Source: Chrysomallon squamiferum
Taxonomy: Eukaryota; Animalia; Mollusca
DNA: 64,000 bases
Assembly (NCBI GenBank): GCA_012295275.1
Contig: CM022667.1
Coordinates: forward strand, 5,704,001 to 5,768,000
Direction: 5' to 3'
Shown here: in pieces, positions 42,228 to 57,563 of the stretch
How the letters are laid out: each line of letters opens with the position of its first letter
How positions within the stretch are numbered: position 1 is the first letter of the stretch
The notes under the pieces: generated by a model
Seen by the model: the letters and a program-made list of their open reading frames with translations, nothing else
Database searches by the model: none
What the model was told of the DNA's origin: nothing
Made by a program: the position numbers and the translations under genes

Positions 42228-45200
42228 AAGCCACAAATATCTAAATGTGACAATATAGAAATAAAAATCCCAGTTGAAATTGAATTTTCTGATAAATAAA
42301 AATTATGTATCGTTATTACACAGAAGAAAATAACAACAAAAATGCAAGGACCAAACCTATGAAACAAAACACACAGAGAAACAAGCAAAATTCAAATATC
42401 TTTATAGATGTTTTGAGTATTGGTAAAGCCAATAGCCATTTTGAAATAGTGTAAAATGAGATGTACATTCATAGGAATGAGATTTTTATTTAGTTCATAC
42501 CCAAATGAAGTAAAATCAATCACTACTTCAGTATCTCACTTCGGGCATCTGATTGTTATGGGACTGTGAAATCCACACATGGCTGTTTACACTAAAAATG
42601 CGAGACTGACTTTAAAGATTTTATGAACATTTATCCTCAGTGTAAGAATATTCCCATGGAAGTTTCTTACAAAATCATCAAGATTTTAATCTGAATATTT
42701 CCAGAATTTTTGTTTGTGAATAACTGTTAAACACATTGCAAAACAAAGTAATAGCAGATGTGAAATACAAACACATATACTTTTATTTTTTTTAAATTGA
42801 TCAGATGTTTGTTATTGTAAAATCTGTAACCACTTCTGAACCTAGTAATATAAAATAATGTACAACCTGATTTTTGTTTCTGTTGTAATGTTAATAATGT
42901 TGTATAGTGTGGTAGGCACACAGTGACAGGTACAATAATCATTCATTTTGTACTAATCGGGTCAAATCATATCTGCTGCAGGCATAATTGAACTCATCAT
43001 TGATCAGTTCACTGTAGATTTAACAATAATATTTCTGTTTATTATAAAGAAGGTTTAATAAAACATACAGCAGAATTATTAGCTATTAAACAATATCCTT
43101 TATTCCATAAACAGTCAAGATGGTTAGAAGTGAAAGAAGTCATTGAATATTGTTCTGTGATATTAAATTGGCAACAAATTATCTTGGTGTATCTTTGTCA
43201 GTTATTTTATTGTCAAAAGCTGTTTAGGTTAAATACTCCCAGAACAAAAGCCCTAAGAATGTTGTCTAAAACAAATTAAAAATAGGTGTAATATTTTTTT
43301 TGTTGCAGATCCACAACCAATCCAAAGTCCATTGATTGAATTTTTCTTAATTTTATAACTATAAAATTCTTTACAGTGATTAATTATGTAAGATGTTTTA
43401 TGATATCTTTTTATTATTATTTTTTTTTTATTATTATCATTGGATACTTTGAAGAGCCTGATTTGTTGAATTCCACAATTTGCTTTCATTTCAAAAGATG
43501 AAATATTGCTCTTTCTGGTTGTATGTTTTTGAAAGGGGCCTGTTGCTTGGAAACAGTTAAGAAACTTTACATGTTTTTTGTCACAATTTCCTACCACCAT
43601 TGAATAAACAAATGAAGCAAAGGTACTGAACTTTTGTTTTGTAGAGTATGTTTGTAAGTAGAAAACTAGTAGAGGTTAACACAGTAAAGATGAAAGGTAA
43701 TGTACGAATGATGTTGGTGATATATGAATGTAGATTCACAATGAGAACACAGTATTTCTGATTGATATTAAATGTTCTTTTTTTTTTTCTTTTTTTTCCA
43801 TCAATGCAAAGTACCTTTTGTGCAATAAACTCAAAGATAAAACTTCAGATAACCCTTTCATGCAGTTTTTATTCAGATAGTATCTCAAATAGAGAACAAA
43901 TCAAGTGTTGAAAAATGTGTAAAATTAGTATCATAGTATGGCAGACCAAAATGCAATAATTTAAGTATTATCAGGAAGTGACAAGATCTCCTTGAAGGGA
44001 TTGTGTAATTCCTACTGAGGACATCACAAGTAATGATTACTACTTCGTAAGATTCACTGAAATCAAAATTAAATCTCACTAAAAATGTATTAAACACACT
44101 GCATGTATCACACAGTGAGGAAAAGAGAATCTACTGTGAGATCAGTTCTCACTGGCTTAATCAAATTAGGTAAATTAATCATTGATAATGAAGGTTCAGA
44201 TCATGTTTTAGATACTGATAAATTATATGTGCACTTGGTATTTAGAGTAAGTAAATCTAAGTCCATGTATTATTTAAGAATTTAAATGAAATCTGTTTTT
44301 GGTGTAGGTCTATAAAGGCCAAGCTGCAAGATTAGAATCCTTTGACTCATTTACCTTTCTTACATGGAGATATTAGCATTCATTCAGTGACACATACATG
44401 TCATAAACTGAGTCACCGATGGAAGCTTTGATACAAACTTGGTGGAAACCCAAAATATTAAACTGCTTACATTATGTTGCAGGATAAACAAAAAAACAAT
44501 AAAATAAAATAAATATATATTTGTGCATTTTATATGTGTGTGTTACAGTCAGTCTGTGAAATCAGTTATTATGCATATTGCCTAAATAGATCAGTTATTT
44601 CAGATGGTTCCTGTGGCTACCAAGCAATGTACAAAATAACTGAACATTCCAGGAACTTCATGAAATGACTAAAATTGATGGCCAGCCATTACCCATAATT
44701 ACTAAAGTGGTTCAAGTGTTATTGCTGACACTTGTACTGACAACAACATTTTAAGAACAAACATGGATTAGTATGTTGATTATACATTTTAAAATACTAC
44801 TTAATATGAATTATATATTATATAGTAACTTAATATTAAATTTTTGCTATGGTTTCAGATAAAGAATTTTACCAAAAGTATAGTAGAAAATACATGAATA
44901 TTACTGAAAAGAAAAGGTTCTGGTAATTAATGTTTTTCTGGGTTATTCTTAAATAAAAAACCACATAATCTGCTATATTGTTGATGTCTTGTTTTATAAG
45001 AGCTTCTTTTCCTCCCTGATTAGTTTATTCTCAAACCTAGTCATGCTTCTGTTTATACTGTCAAATGGATTAACACAATACTTCAATGGCTTCTGCTAAT
45101 CTCATAGTACAAACCTGTTATTATTGCACCAAATGACTTCCATATCTATAAAACTTTTTCTGGGGTTTACTCGTAAGTTCTTTTGTGCAACTGGTTTGTG

Positions 45201-45658
45201 ATGACAGAGTCCTATGAAGATTAATTTAAAATTGTCCCCAAAGATAGTAACATTATACAAAATTGTTAATCATGAAACCAGCTGTGGCAGACAAGAATAT
45301 GTCAAGTGTATCTGTGCTGGTCCTAGGAGATGCAAGTTCAATTGTTAAAAATGCTTCAAAAATAAAATTAACTATTATATATCAAGGTAACAAATGATTT
45401 GTTCTGACTGCATGGTTAATTACATGTACAATATCTGAAATGATTTGATTTAATTTTAAATAAAGTGTTACATTAAGACTTAAATGGTATGGTATTATAG
45501 ATAACATTTTAATCATCTCCATTTGCATTGCTAAATGTGTTTTAAAGAATCAGATATAATGTGAATATAATATTCCTTAAGTTACCTAGACATTTTTTAC
45601 TTTGAATTTATAAAAAAATAAAAAAAAGTTTTTATTTTTATTTTTTATATAGATTAAA

Positions 45659-45725
45659 ATGGCTCAGAACATCGGCAGTGAAATTGCTCTGCTCATCTCT
45701 CTTTCTGTTGGTAACTTGATTAAAG
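45659..45725 (+). CDS. Signal-peptide exon of gene D, copy 2
   Basis: As copy 1 with an A>S change (LISLSVG). Confidence 0.6.
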
Positions 45726-45811
45726 GTAATGAAATAAATTTTATACATTTAGAAAGTTAAATGAATTATTTGTCAAATTCTTTTAGTCTTATTGTCTTTC
45801 AAAGGCAGAGA

Positions 45812-45852
<41 letters not shown>

Positions 45853-48800
45853 AAGCCACAAATATCTAAATGTGACAATATAGAAATAAAAATACCAGTT
45901 GAAATTGAATTTTCTGATAAATAAAAATTATGTATCGTTATTACACAGAAGAAAATAACAACAAAAATGCAAGGACCAAACCTATGAAACAAAACACACA
46001 GAGAAACAAGCAAAAATTCAAATATCTTTATAGATGTTTTGAGTATTGGTAAAGCCAATAGCCATTTTGAAATAGTGTAAAATGAGATGTACATTCATAG
46101 GAATGAGATTTTTATTTAGTTCATACCCAAATGAAGTAAAATCAATCACTACTTCAGTATCTCACTTCGGGCATCTGATTGTTATGGGACTGTGAAATCC
46201 ACACATGGCTGTTTACACTAAAAATGCGAGACTGACTTTAAAGATTTTATGAACATTTATCCTCAGTGTAAGAATATTCCCATGGAAGTTTCTTACAAAA
46301 TCATCAAGATTTTAATCTGAATATTTCCAGAATTTTTGTTTGTGAATAAACTGTTAAACACATTGCAAAACAAAGTAATAGCAGATGTGAAATACAAACA
46401 CATATACTTTTATTTTTTTTAAATTGATCAGATGTTTGTTATTGTAAAATCTGTAACCACTTCTGAACCTAGTAATATAAAATAATGTACAACCTGATTT
46501 TTGTTTCTGTTGTAATGTTAATAATGTTGTATAGTGTGGTAGGCACACAGTGACAGGTACAATAATCATTCATTTTGTACTAATCGGGTCAAATCATATC
46601 TGCTGCAGGCATAATTGAACTCATCATTGATTTAACAATAATATTTCTGTTTATTATAAAGAAGGTTTAATAAAACATACAGCAGAATTATTAGCTATTA
46701 AACAATATCCTTTATTCCATAAACAGTCAAGATGGTTAGAAGTGAAAGAAGTCATTGAATATTGTTCTGTGATATTAAATTGGCAACAAATTATCTTGGT
46801 GTATCTTTGTCAGTTATTTTATTGTCAAAAGCTGTTTAGGTTAAATACTCCCAGAACAAAAGCCCTAAGAATGTTGTCTAAAACAAATTAAAAATAGGTG
46901 TAATATTTTTGTTGCAGATCCACAACCAATCCAAAGTCCATTGATTGAATTTTTCTTAATTTTATAACTATAAAATTCTTTACAGTGATTAATTATGTAA
47001 GATGTTTTATGATATCTTTTTATTATTATTTTTTTTTATTATTATCATTGGATACTTCTTAGAGCCTGATTTGTTGAATTCATTACCAACTTCCAGGACT
47101 GATTAATGTCTAAACTAAACTTGTTCCATTTAGTGCTTTCTTTCAGCTCTGCATTCTGCCTAATATTACACTGTTCACTGAAATTTTGCTTTAAAATTAC
47201 TTATTTTACATAGCCTTTGTGGTCATTATTAACAAGTGGTTTATATATGTGTCTTGTCCATAACCTTTGGATTACCAGTTGTGTATCATTGGACAAGGAA
47301 AAAGATCTGCACAATGCATAGCTTAATATATTATTCCGAACTTAGTCAAATTTTAATGGGGATGAGGTTTTATTACACAAATGTCCTTTATTTCTAAATT
47401 TTATTTTTATATAATTTGTTATTATGATTATTTATTTTATGTTATTTATTTATTTATTTATTTAGTTAGTTTTTAATATTTTAATTTTTAACTTTTTAAC
47501 TTTTTATTACTTGATTGCTACTTATAAAATGCTTCTAATGTTTTCATTAAGAATTATCTAATGTTGTTGTCAGTGGTACATTAGTACTTTAACAATGATT
47601 TAGAGGCCATTAATTAATTGTCAGTTATTAGTTAGGATACTACATTGTGAATAGTCACTGGCACGTATATGTGACAGAGAAATTACCAGTGGTTCCACTA
47701 AAAAGGTTTGATCCTAGATGACAGTATATAACTATAGATAAAATAATGAATGTGCCAAATAGAATTGATTTTTCTCTGTGTTAATGCATTAGAAATAAGT
47801 TAAATTTTGATTAATAGCACAGATGACATTAAATACATAGAAATATAATAAACATAGAAATGCAGATATTTTCAGAAGTATTTCAAGTACAAATACATTT
47901 TTTTTCTCTGCTTTTAATTCTGAGGCACATATTGCACCACTTCACAACAACAACTGTTAGTCTCATCAGTTTACAAGTTTTGTTGATTACATAAGATTTT
48001 CAAAATTCTCATCAATCAGGTGACACACTGAATATTCTCTCCACTGGAGCAGATCAAAATATGAAATCATTTTAGAAGAATTGTTAGATGTTCTTGAAAA
48101 AAAAAAAAAAATAGAAAAAAAAAATACCTTGTAAAAGTCAAGAAATACAAATGTAAATATTTTTCATTATGGAAAGGTCAAACATAAATATAAAAGTGTC
48201 AAATTAAAAGTAACAACAATGTATTGTTAGTTTATCAGGCAGTATCAACCTGAATGTGATTATACATCTGTTTACACAATGGATAATACTCAATTTAAGA
48301 ATTTCTTACTGAAAGTCTGATATCTGATACACAAGACTGATAATACTATTTTCAGAATCTGAAAAGTGGTAGGATCAAGGTGGATACTATGAGAAGTAGC
48401 TGTATCATACAGCTGTAAGAGAAAATGCAATAGTGAATGAAAAACTCTGACTCAACACCATCTACTGTTACCTATTCATCTTCTTACTAGTTATTTTCCG
48501 TTTATTAATTTATTTTAAATGAATCACAAAACATGTTATTGCATGTCAAATTAGAATGATCTCTGTAGAAAAGTAATGGATTCCATTTGTCTTTAATTTC
48601 AACTGAAAGTCATATTTTAACACAATTAACTCAGTTTGGTTATTGTTTCTAATTATAAATCATGACTGCATGGTATTTTTCAAAGAAAAGTCTAAGTTAT
48701 TTTATATTTCTGGCACTTTATATGTTTATGTTGTCATGTAAATGGTTATACCAAAATATGTCTTATTCTGTTCCACTACATGAAGGTTATGATAATAATC

Positions 48801-50363
48801 CATATATACATAGATAGACAATTTGTCACCAATATCAAAAGACCTTATATAACATTGATTATTTTTTTTTTTTTTTTTTTTTTTTATTTTTTTTTTATTT
48901 TTTAAGAACTGGAATATCAAAGTTCATTTATTGTCATCTTAGTTGAGATTTAACTTAATCCAAAAATCTTTAATCCCAACATTTTATTACCATTTTTCTT
49001 TAATGAGGAAAGAAACGTTCTACTGAAGATAATAAATCATTTGTTACACAGAATGGAATTCACTGGCTATTTCTATATCCCATCCAGTGTCAGTGACTGG
49101 TCTGATGATGACTATGGTAGGTGATGTAAAATTAAAAATCAGTTAAATAATTTACAGGTTGTAATAAGCTGATAAAATAATTATCTTGTGTTAACATATT
49201 TCATTTTCTTCTTCCATGCTAAATGCCAATTAAACATTTTCAGCCTCTATGTAAAAGTGTAAACCTAGCAGAGATGCTAGAAAGTCTAAACAGCTGGGAT
49301 GATAATTTGTTTTACCATGTCTTAATTTTGCTCAGTGTTCTTCTGTTTGACTTTTCACTTGAGGATGCAGTTTTGAAGTAGACCAACATTGCAAAGATGT
49401 TTGAATAGAGCTTCATATTATATCTGAAAAATTAAATATTGTCAGTAAACAGAAATAGTTTCTCATAGAAATATAACCTTGTTTTTTAAGCTTGATGTCA
49501 TCTGGCTGATATAAAAATTACATCTGCACTAATGTTGAATAAAAACAAGTTATTTGTTAGTGACAGAACATGGGCTGACTTAATATCTTTTCCCAATGTA
49601 TTTTTTTTTAATAAAACCAATATGTATAATTTTAATCATTTACCTTGGAAGACAAACACCAAATCTCTTCAGTCAGACACTATAATTTAGCTATGAACTA
49701 CATTCCGATGTCCCTGTTGTTAAGACATGATAAAAGCTATATAAACATAGTTAAATAAAGAATGTTTTGGAAAAGTACTTTTATTTCCCCAAGCCTAGTT
49801 TATATTAGCAGAAAGTTTCATTGAAGAGTAAATAAAAGCTGATTTTTCAACGAGTTGTAGTTCATTGCTTTAGCATTAGCAAACCTTCAGTCTTTATTTA
49901 TCAGGAATAGTAGGCTTTTATAGCAAAAATGTATTAGTACACAGCAGAAATCATAGAAAATGATTATCTTCTTGTAAATTATTTCAATTTTCTGAGCAGT
50001 GTTTGCTTTAATGTTTTCAAATAACACAGATATACATTTAATCTGTTAAGGTCACCTAAATGAAAGTCTGTTTATGTTTTATATATAACCATTTTAATTT
50101 ATTACCACATTCTTTAGCACATGTTGCTTTACCAACATCACAGACTTCTCTGATTTCAGCACAGTTAAATAACTGTTAGTTAAGAAATAAAATAGAGCCG
50201 AAATAAATGTAATGTCAAAAATAATAGATTTACCTGGTTTTTAATAATAATTACAGGTAAGACTACTACAACACTTGACTGTATGTACAACAAGTACACA
50301 GTATGTAAAATAACTGTAATATTAAAAATAACAGATATACCTGATATTTAATAATAATTACAG

Positions 50364-50661
50364 GTGAGGCTACTACAACACTTGAGTGTATGGGTGGTGG
50401 ACAACAAGGACACAGAACACAGTTGGTGTGTAAAGTTAGTGGTACTGTTAGAAGTGGAATCATCTTCATAGCACCAGGAGGAATACAAGTTGTGCCGTGT
50501 AACTCGGTGTGTAGGATCACCTGGTTACTCTGCTGTTGCTGACTCACAAACACAGATAACTCTAACTATTCAGTCTTTCAACCCTGATACAGATGCTGAA
50601 ACATGGAAATGTCAGGATTGAGGAAATGGAAATCCATCAGCTTGTACCAAAACTGAATTAT
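50364..50661 (+). pseudogene. Gene D Ig-like exon, paralog of the gene B Ig exon, disrupted
   Basis: GEATTTLECMGGGQQGHRTQLVCKVSGTVRSGIIFIAP..VVPCNSVC / GSPGYSAVADSQTQITLTIQSFNPDTDAETWKCQD*GNGNPSACTKTEL then gtgagt. 298 nt (frameshifting deletion) plus an in-frame TGA. Confidence 0.85.
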
Positions 50662-52439
50662 GTGAGTCGTTCCGTCCACTGGTCATTATTTATGTAGTAT
50701 TATATCTTCTATATGACTTTTTACTGTCAACATTACATTCTAGAAATATTTGAAATCTTCAATTAAAGGGAATTGCTTTATTTTCAGTGAAACAGAATGG
50801 TGTTTTAATTTTTATTGTTTCGTTTTTTAATATTTATTTATTTATTTATTTATTCTTTTAATTTAGTGTTTTCATACATATGTGAGTTGAGACTTGCTTT
50901 CATTTCTTTCTTTTATTTTTTGTTTGTTTGTGGTGGGAGGAGTGTTGTTATGATTTTGTTCTCTCATTTTTCTAATTGTATTAATTTATTTTTATTTTTT
51001 TATTATAATAACTATCTGCAAAATATTGTTGATTAATATGTCTTCTTTTTTTTTTTAATGTAATTCGTGAATTAAACTAAAAAGATGAAATTAGACAAAC
51101 ATTATTTTGTATCATTGACTGTTCAGTTAAGGTAGCTGGTCTATTTCACATGAAATGGTATGTTGCTAGCTACATTTGTTTTAATTTAAATTTCTTTTTT
51201 GTAAAATGCATCAGTTGAAAAAGAGAGAAAAGAAAACAACAAATCAAGCTAAACATTATTTTATATCATGACTTTCAGAAAGTAAATATTCTTGTCTTCA
51301 TTGGTTTAAGCCACAGTTTATATGTATTGATATATGGTTTGCTAATCAGAAATGAATACAAAATGAAAATGGTAAGAAAGGAAAGCATTGGTATGTACAA
51401 CAACAAAAAAAACAAATACAGAATTGGAGAGAAAACTGACAGAGACACCTGTTTCTGCTAAATCTTTATATAATAATGTCAGAATTAAATACTTTCATTA
51501 TTCATAATTGTAATTCACAATCCACTTATCAACAGTTTCACTTTGGTGATTCCTAAATAATTGTACAGTAAAATGGACGCCACTGAAAAGCAGTAGGCTG
51601 ATTGGAATAATTGTCTCACTATCTACATGAGTTAATGAAATTAAACATAAAAACCTCACTCACTTCCTAGAAGTGGAAACAGTGTTTATACAAATTGTCT
51701 GAATAATATTTATTTTGCAGTAAATTTATAATTTGAAGAAATGGATGAGAAAAAGAAAGGGAGAAATAAATAGAGAATGGTTAAATTATTTGAAACATTT
51801 ATCATTTATAATTGTGTTGGACAAATTGTAATATCAATTGTTAAGATTTTGACCACCAAATAATAAAATATTTCTTTTCATTTCATTATTTTTTATTTTT
51901 TCAAACTGTTGTCTACAGATAGATATATAAATATATTTTAGGCCAGATTAAAAAAAAAAACCATATTGGAAATATTACCAACATTTGCAAGACTTGTTAG
52001 TTAAAAGAGCAAATATAATATCTGGTTTTAATCCAGATTTCACTCTTTAATTTTTATTTTTTTATTCTTTCTTTTCATGCCTCTTTTCTTTTTCTTTTTT
52101 TTTCTTTTTTTAATTATTAATTATTTTAAAAATAATATCACTTTAAGTTTAATAATTGTAATCAGTAATTGTAATTAATGTAGAGCTTAAACAAAACCAT
52201 TAGTTAATGCTGATTATAATGCAATTAAAAACAAACCAATTCTAAACAATCACAGCTATGAAATGCAGTCAGAAAATTAGTGTATTCATGCCCAAAATTA
52301 GTACTGATCTGATATGGTTACATAATGTCCCTGTTATAAACTGTCAAATGATAATCATCTTTTTTTCATTGCCTTTCACATTCAAATGGTCCAGACAGTA
52401 TCAGACTCAATCCATCATCACCTGGTACAGTTGTAGAAG

Positions 52440-53536
52440 GTGACACACTGACAGTTTCCTGTACTTCTCTCTGTAATCCTACATGTTCTATTCCTGGTCA
52501 CTCAACAATCAAAGATATTCCAACCAACCTGCACAAACATTCTGGCTCAGTTTTACGGACATGCACAGGGCCTTCGCATAAGGTACATAGGCACTTCTGA
52601 AGCTGCTCATAGGCCTTCTTAACTTTTCTCTGTGGCCAGGTGTTGACTGCATACTCTCTCAGAACTTAGTGCTAGCTGGAGCCATTAAATGATTCACCAT
52701 ATGGATGGATAATGATGGCCAACAAGTTTGAAGAATTTATTGTTCCATCCCTCGCAGATATTGTTTGTTCTTGGACTGCCATTCATTGTCAGGAGGGAAC
52801 ATGGTTGGAATGTGAGGCAGTCGCATCATCAACTGGCTGGAAGTATGTTCGTAAGGAATGTAGACCTTCCCTTACTTTATTAAGTGGTAAGAAGACTAGG
52901 CTGTCCATTATACTAAAGAACAGGCCAAATTATCAAAAAGAGCGACTACTGCACAGTGAACAGCATCCTCAAAGTCACAAACAACAGTCTTAGCATTGAT
53001 CTGCACGTTAAGGTCAGCACATTGGTCTACCACAACTTTGAATAACCATTCATAAGTGACATGAGTCTTGTCTGGCAACAGGGCATACACTGAAGTTATA
53101 ATGAATTGCCAAGGGAAATCAGATACAATTGTCTCAAGATAGCAGGTTCCATGGAAAAGTTGGAGGAGCTGGTTGCTTGTTATGCAAGGATCATTTACAT
53201 GAGATAGGAGCAGGTATAAAAACATGAACCTCATCATCACATTGGCTGAGGGCTTGAACTAGGATCTGGCTGGGTATGTCTCTAGTGTTGGCAGCCTGTG
53301 TCTTCAATGCATTTCTAACCTTGGCGAGTCAAACTTTTGCTTCATCTGCAGCATGGCTGTGAGGCTGAACAGTCTCTGGCTTTGCAAATTGTAAACCTGT
53401 TATCATTCTGCCACTGACTATTGAACCTTTTAACACACTTCCGCCACAACTTGCCTTTCCGTCCTGAATGCTTTTTATACGTCAAACCATCTAAGCAGAT
53501 CTTATTACCACCCCTATTACTATGTATTGCTTCCAT
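52440..53536 (-). mobile_element. Decayed Mutator-like (FLYWCH + MULE) transposase; element ends not defined
   Basis: MEAIHSNRGGNKICLDGLTYKK..LWRKCVKR is FLYWCH-like. VYALLPDKTHVTYEWLF..VVCDFEDAVHCAV and PRTNNICEGWNNKF..HHYPSIW are MULE motifs. Multiple frameshifts. Confidence 0.88.
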
Positions 53537-54280
53537 TGCGGAACTTTCAACTATGAATTTAAAAAAAAAAAAAAAAAAAAAAAAAGTAAGAAAACCCCAA
53601 AACAACAAAACCCTATTTGTATGCATAAGGTGTTGGCAAGGCTAGCTGGAATACCCCCATCTTAATTGGCAGTACTCTAGGTGACTTGCAAGTCTTCTTA
53701 CCTGACACAGGTGTATAATTACAACAGAGATCACCAAAATATTAATATATTTATCAAAATAAATGAACAAACAAATAAAAATATAAATAATATTTTTCGA
53801 CTTTCCTTTTCTGTGACCTTTTTCCATCTTTTTATTTTATTTTAATTTATTTTATTTTATTTTTATTTTATTTTTATTTTTTTCTGTGATTTATTTTCCT
53901 GTGAATTGTTTCCGTTCACCTTTTAGAGTGTGTGTGTTTGTGGGGGGTTTGTCCTGGTGGTCTTATGTCCTATAATAGTGATGTTTTCACAGAAATAAAT
54001 GTAGGCCTCATACAGTTAGCTTTTATTTAAGTAATTAGTAGTACATAATAATATATATCTGTTAAATACACATTCTTTAATTTTCATTGTTTATTTTGTA
54101 TTTTATTAAGTTTAGAGTTAGTCTGTATCCGTTTCCAAGCTTGTAAGATAAATGAAACTATGTAGTTGGTTGGATAACTTCTTGAATTAGGTCACTATGA
54201 TAGCAAAATATTAGTGACACATTTTTTTTTCCTGTCTGTAGTCTTTGGAAAGGTTTTTAATAATAATAATAATAATAATA

Positions 54281-54314
<34 letters not shown>

Positions 54315-57300
54315 GTCTATGTAACGTCATCGAATTACAAAGTAATAATAATAATAATAATGATTAGCATGTTAAAAGCGTAACCTCCAATAAGTACCAG
54401 TCTATTAAATATTTTAATGGTCAATGAATGTTATTACTCGTGACTTACGGTGTCTATATGTTTTTAATTATTTGGATTTTTAATTAATTACATTCTTGAA
54501 CTAGGTTATACTTATACTAATACTGTAAATTCGAATATCTAATACAGATAGTAATACAATAAATTATTGAATAATAATAGTAATAATATAATATGTAACT
54601 ACCGACGGGAACAGTCAAATAAACTGAATGGTGACACTGATAACCACAACTGCGTTTATACTGCCTGTATAATGTATTGATTGAAACTAACTCCGAAGAA
54701 TAATGGTAGGAAGTTACAGCATAGCTATATCTCAGTTTACGTACGTGACCAAAAATTCAAAACTCATTTTCCAATGGAACTGTATCATCAGACAATTCTG
54801 ATTCTTTTTATTGGTATTTCATCTATCTATCTATCTATCTATAAAATGTAACTCAAGTTTATTGTTAAAATTTTTTGTAGCAACATTAGTGTACTTAAAA
54901 ATGTGATGTGATCACATCAATTCTTCATGAAGTTGATTGATTTCAGTTTTAATAGTACGACAATATAATCAACAGTTAGTGTGTAATCCTTTACTCTTCA
55001 GAATGTATTGCCATAAAATAAATTCTTATGTCTAACCAATCTACAAATGTATGAATACTACTAATTTGTGTATTTTGAGGTAGTACAAAATAATGCATGA
55101 AATGCCAGTGTCCAATTTTATATTACAAATTAAAATTTCATATATAATTAATTTAAAAATATTAAATATTATAATTGTTTATTTTATCTGTTAGTTACAG
55201 TCAGACTGTTTTATGATGCAATCCCCATTTACACTTAAAATGTGTAGGTCAGTACCCTAAAATAAAGCACATGCAAAGTAAAATATCTTGCAAACCACCA
55301 TCAATTGATCTTGTCTATCATCATCAGGAATATATAAATCTAGTGAACCAAGTTTCATCTTAAGTCATATTTGATAAATAATAATTATATTTTTCAGTCT
55401 AGTTATTTAAAAAAAATTCAGAAGAAATCAAACTAGTATGGCACTACTGAACATGTTGTCAAGAATTGCTATGTAATTAAAAGTACATTTTTATTATTAT
55501 TATTTTAAAATTAATTGTAATAGTTTTATTATTTCAGGATATTGAAATTTTGTTTTCTATGTAGTGAATTATATAATATTCATAAAATCCGTATTTTTAT
55601 ATGCCCATTTAAAGCAGAATGTCTGCTACATTTTATATTAAGTATATTATTATTTTACAGTAATATTTATTTAGCTATCTTGTATAATCATGCTAATAAT
55701 TTATATTTTTACAGTTCTTAAATGTTTACCTAATTAATATCAGAAAATGGGGGTAAGTACACAAAAACTAAATAGCAGAGCTTATGCAGACGTACATGGG
55801 CTGTTTAGAAGCTCTATTATATAATTAGGGGAAGTTCCATTATTTTATAAACTTATTACTGGGAGTAACAAACTCCAAATTGGCAGCAAAGTTGCAAAGT
55901 AAATTCAGAAAGCCTGTCTGCAGAGGTGTTTACTGAACACCTGTGTGACTGAAATATAAGTAGTTGCCACACGTTTTGAACAAGATGGCTTTGATTGGTG
56001 CCCTGCTTGAGACACGTTGTCTGAGAGCCATCTGCACAAGTCAAAGGACCAGTCAGGCAATTATGTTTCAGTGTTTTGTATATATATATGTATCATATAT
56101 GTTGAGTGATTGAAGATAGCTAAATCTATTACTGTTGGATTTTTATTGTGTTATTCTGTGGTATGTACTCGTGCTTAAAAACTAAGATAACATATGTTAA
56201 TAATTAAAAGATTAGTTAGAAAGATAAAGTAACCAAGTGGGCTTAATTAATTTAGTTTTATCTATCAGTGCTATTTGCTTTTATTGTGTATCGTTGAATT
56301 GTACAATTTAACTATATGTAACCCTTGAGGGTTATTTATGTAAAATATATATAAAACAATTATCCATATTGAATTATTGTTCTCTAGTGGATACAGAATA
56401 GTCATTTTGTAGTTTGAGCTGTCTCAGATAATTAAAACCTTGTCGCATGATGCTATTATTGTGTGTTACCCTTTTGATGGGACAAGCCAAATTTTAGGTA
56501 TTAATACCACTCAGACTAGTTACCATGACAAATGCTGAAATCAGTAAACCACCAGTGTTTGTATTATAAAGAAGTCTGTCAGTACATTTGTAAATTATAC
56601 TAATAATGTATTTTTTCTTTCACTAATTGCTGATACAGTAAATAACAAAATCCAGTCATTAAAAAAAAAAAAAAAAAACAAACAAACAATAATAAATAAA
56701 TGAATTAAATAAAAATAATTTAAAATAAAAAATAAAAATAATAATCAAAAATAAGAAATAAAATAAATTAATTAATACGTATGTTATGAACTATGAATTA
56801 CCCAAGAAAAAGTCTTGTAACTAGCATAATAATCATGTACAACACTGGTTCACAATACTGCTTCTGAAGGTGATAACAATTAAATGTTTTATAATAGCAT
56901 TATTTATGGTTAAAAATATACAGAGGAATATTCTTGTTAAAAGTGTGACACATAAAAATACATTTTTTGACAATATCTACTGTCTCTATAAGCATAACAA
57001 TATCAATTCAGAATTTGACTTTTTAAATATTAAAGTTTCTGAGTTTCTTGTAATAACCTTGATAATTTTTGATAACATCTTCTATAGGATGCATAGCTAT
57101 TTGGGTTGAATGATTGCCTCTGTTGCATTCTGAGTCAAATTCAAAAGGAAGTCGTCTTCATGCATTTTTTCCTTTTCTTCATCAACTGATGCATTGTTTG
57201 AGACCATAGGGTCACACTGAGAAATTAGTATCTGTTAAAACTGAAATGTTATCAGAAGAATTACCAGTGTGTGACATCAGACTGAGGATAGCCAGAATTC

Positions 57301-57493
57301 TTCACTGGGCAAATCAGAAAATCAGCTTTTTAACTAAACAGCACTGTTAAAGGTCTTGAAGCATACACACCTAATACATGTTTAAAATTCTTATTACTAG
57401 TGGTAGTTAAATTTATCCTGCTGGGTAACAGATGTTTTTAAATTTAGAGAGGGTAATTGATATAAATGATTTAACTTTGTTCTTTCCACAGAA

Positions 57494-57563
57494 ATGGTTT
57501 TTGACTGCACTATTCTTCACATTGCTGTGATTACTTTTATCTTCACCTGGGTTTCTGTTGAAG
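57494..57563 (+). pseudogene. Orphan signal-peptide exon (copy of 8082-8151)
   Basis: MVFDCTILHIAVITFIFTWVSVE-G then gtgagt. Confidence 0.7.

Larger units (their letters stand above)
39819..47081 (+). repeat. Tandem duplication of ~3.65 kb (39819-43472 and 43473-47081)
   Basis: Near-identical copies giving duplicated ORFs in the track. They differ by a few SNPs, (TG)n length and a 15-bp indel near 43005/46631. Confidence 0.97.
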
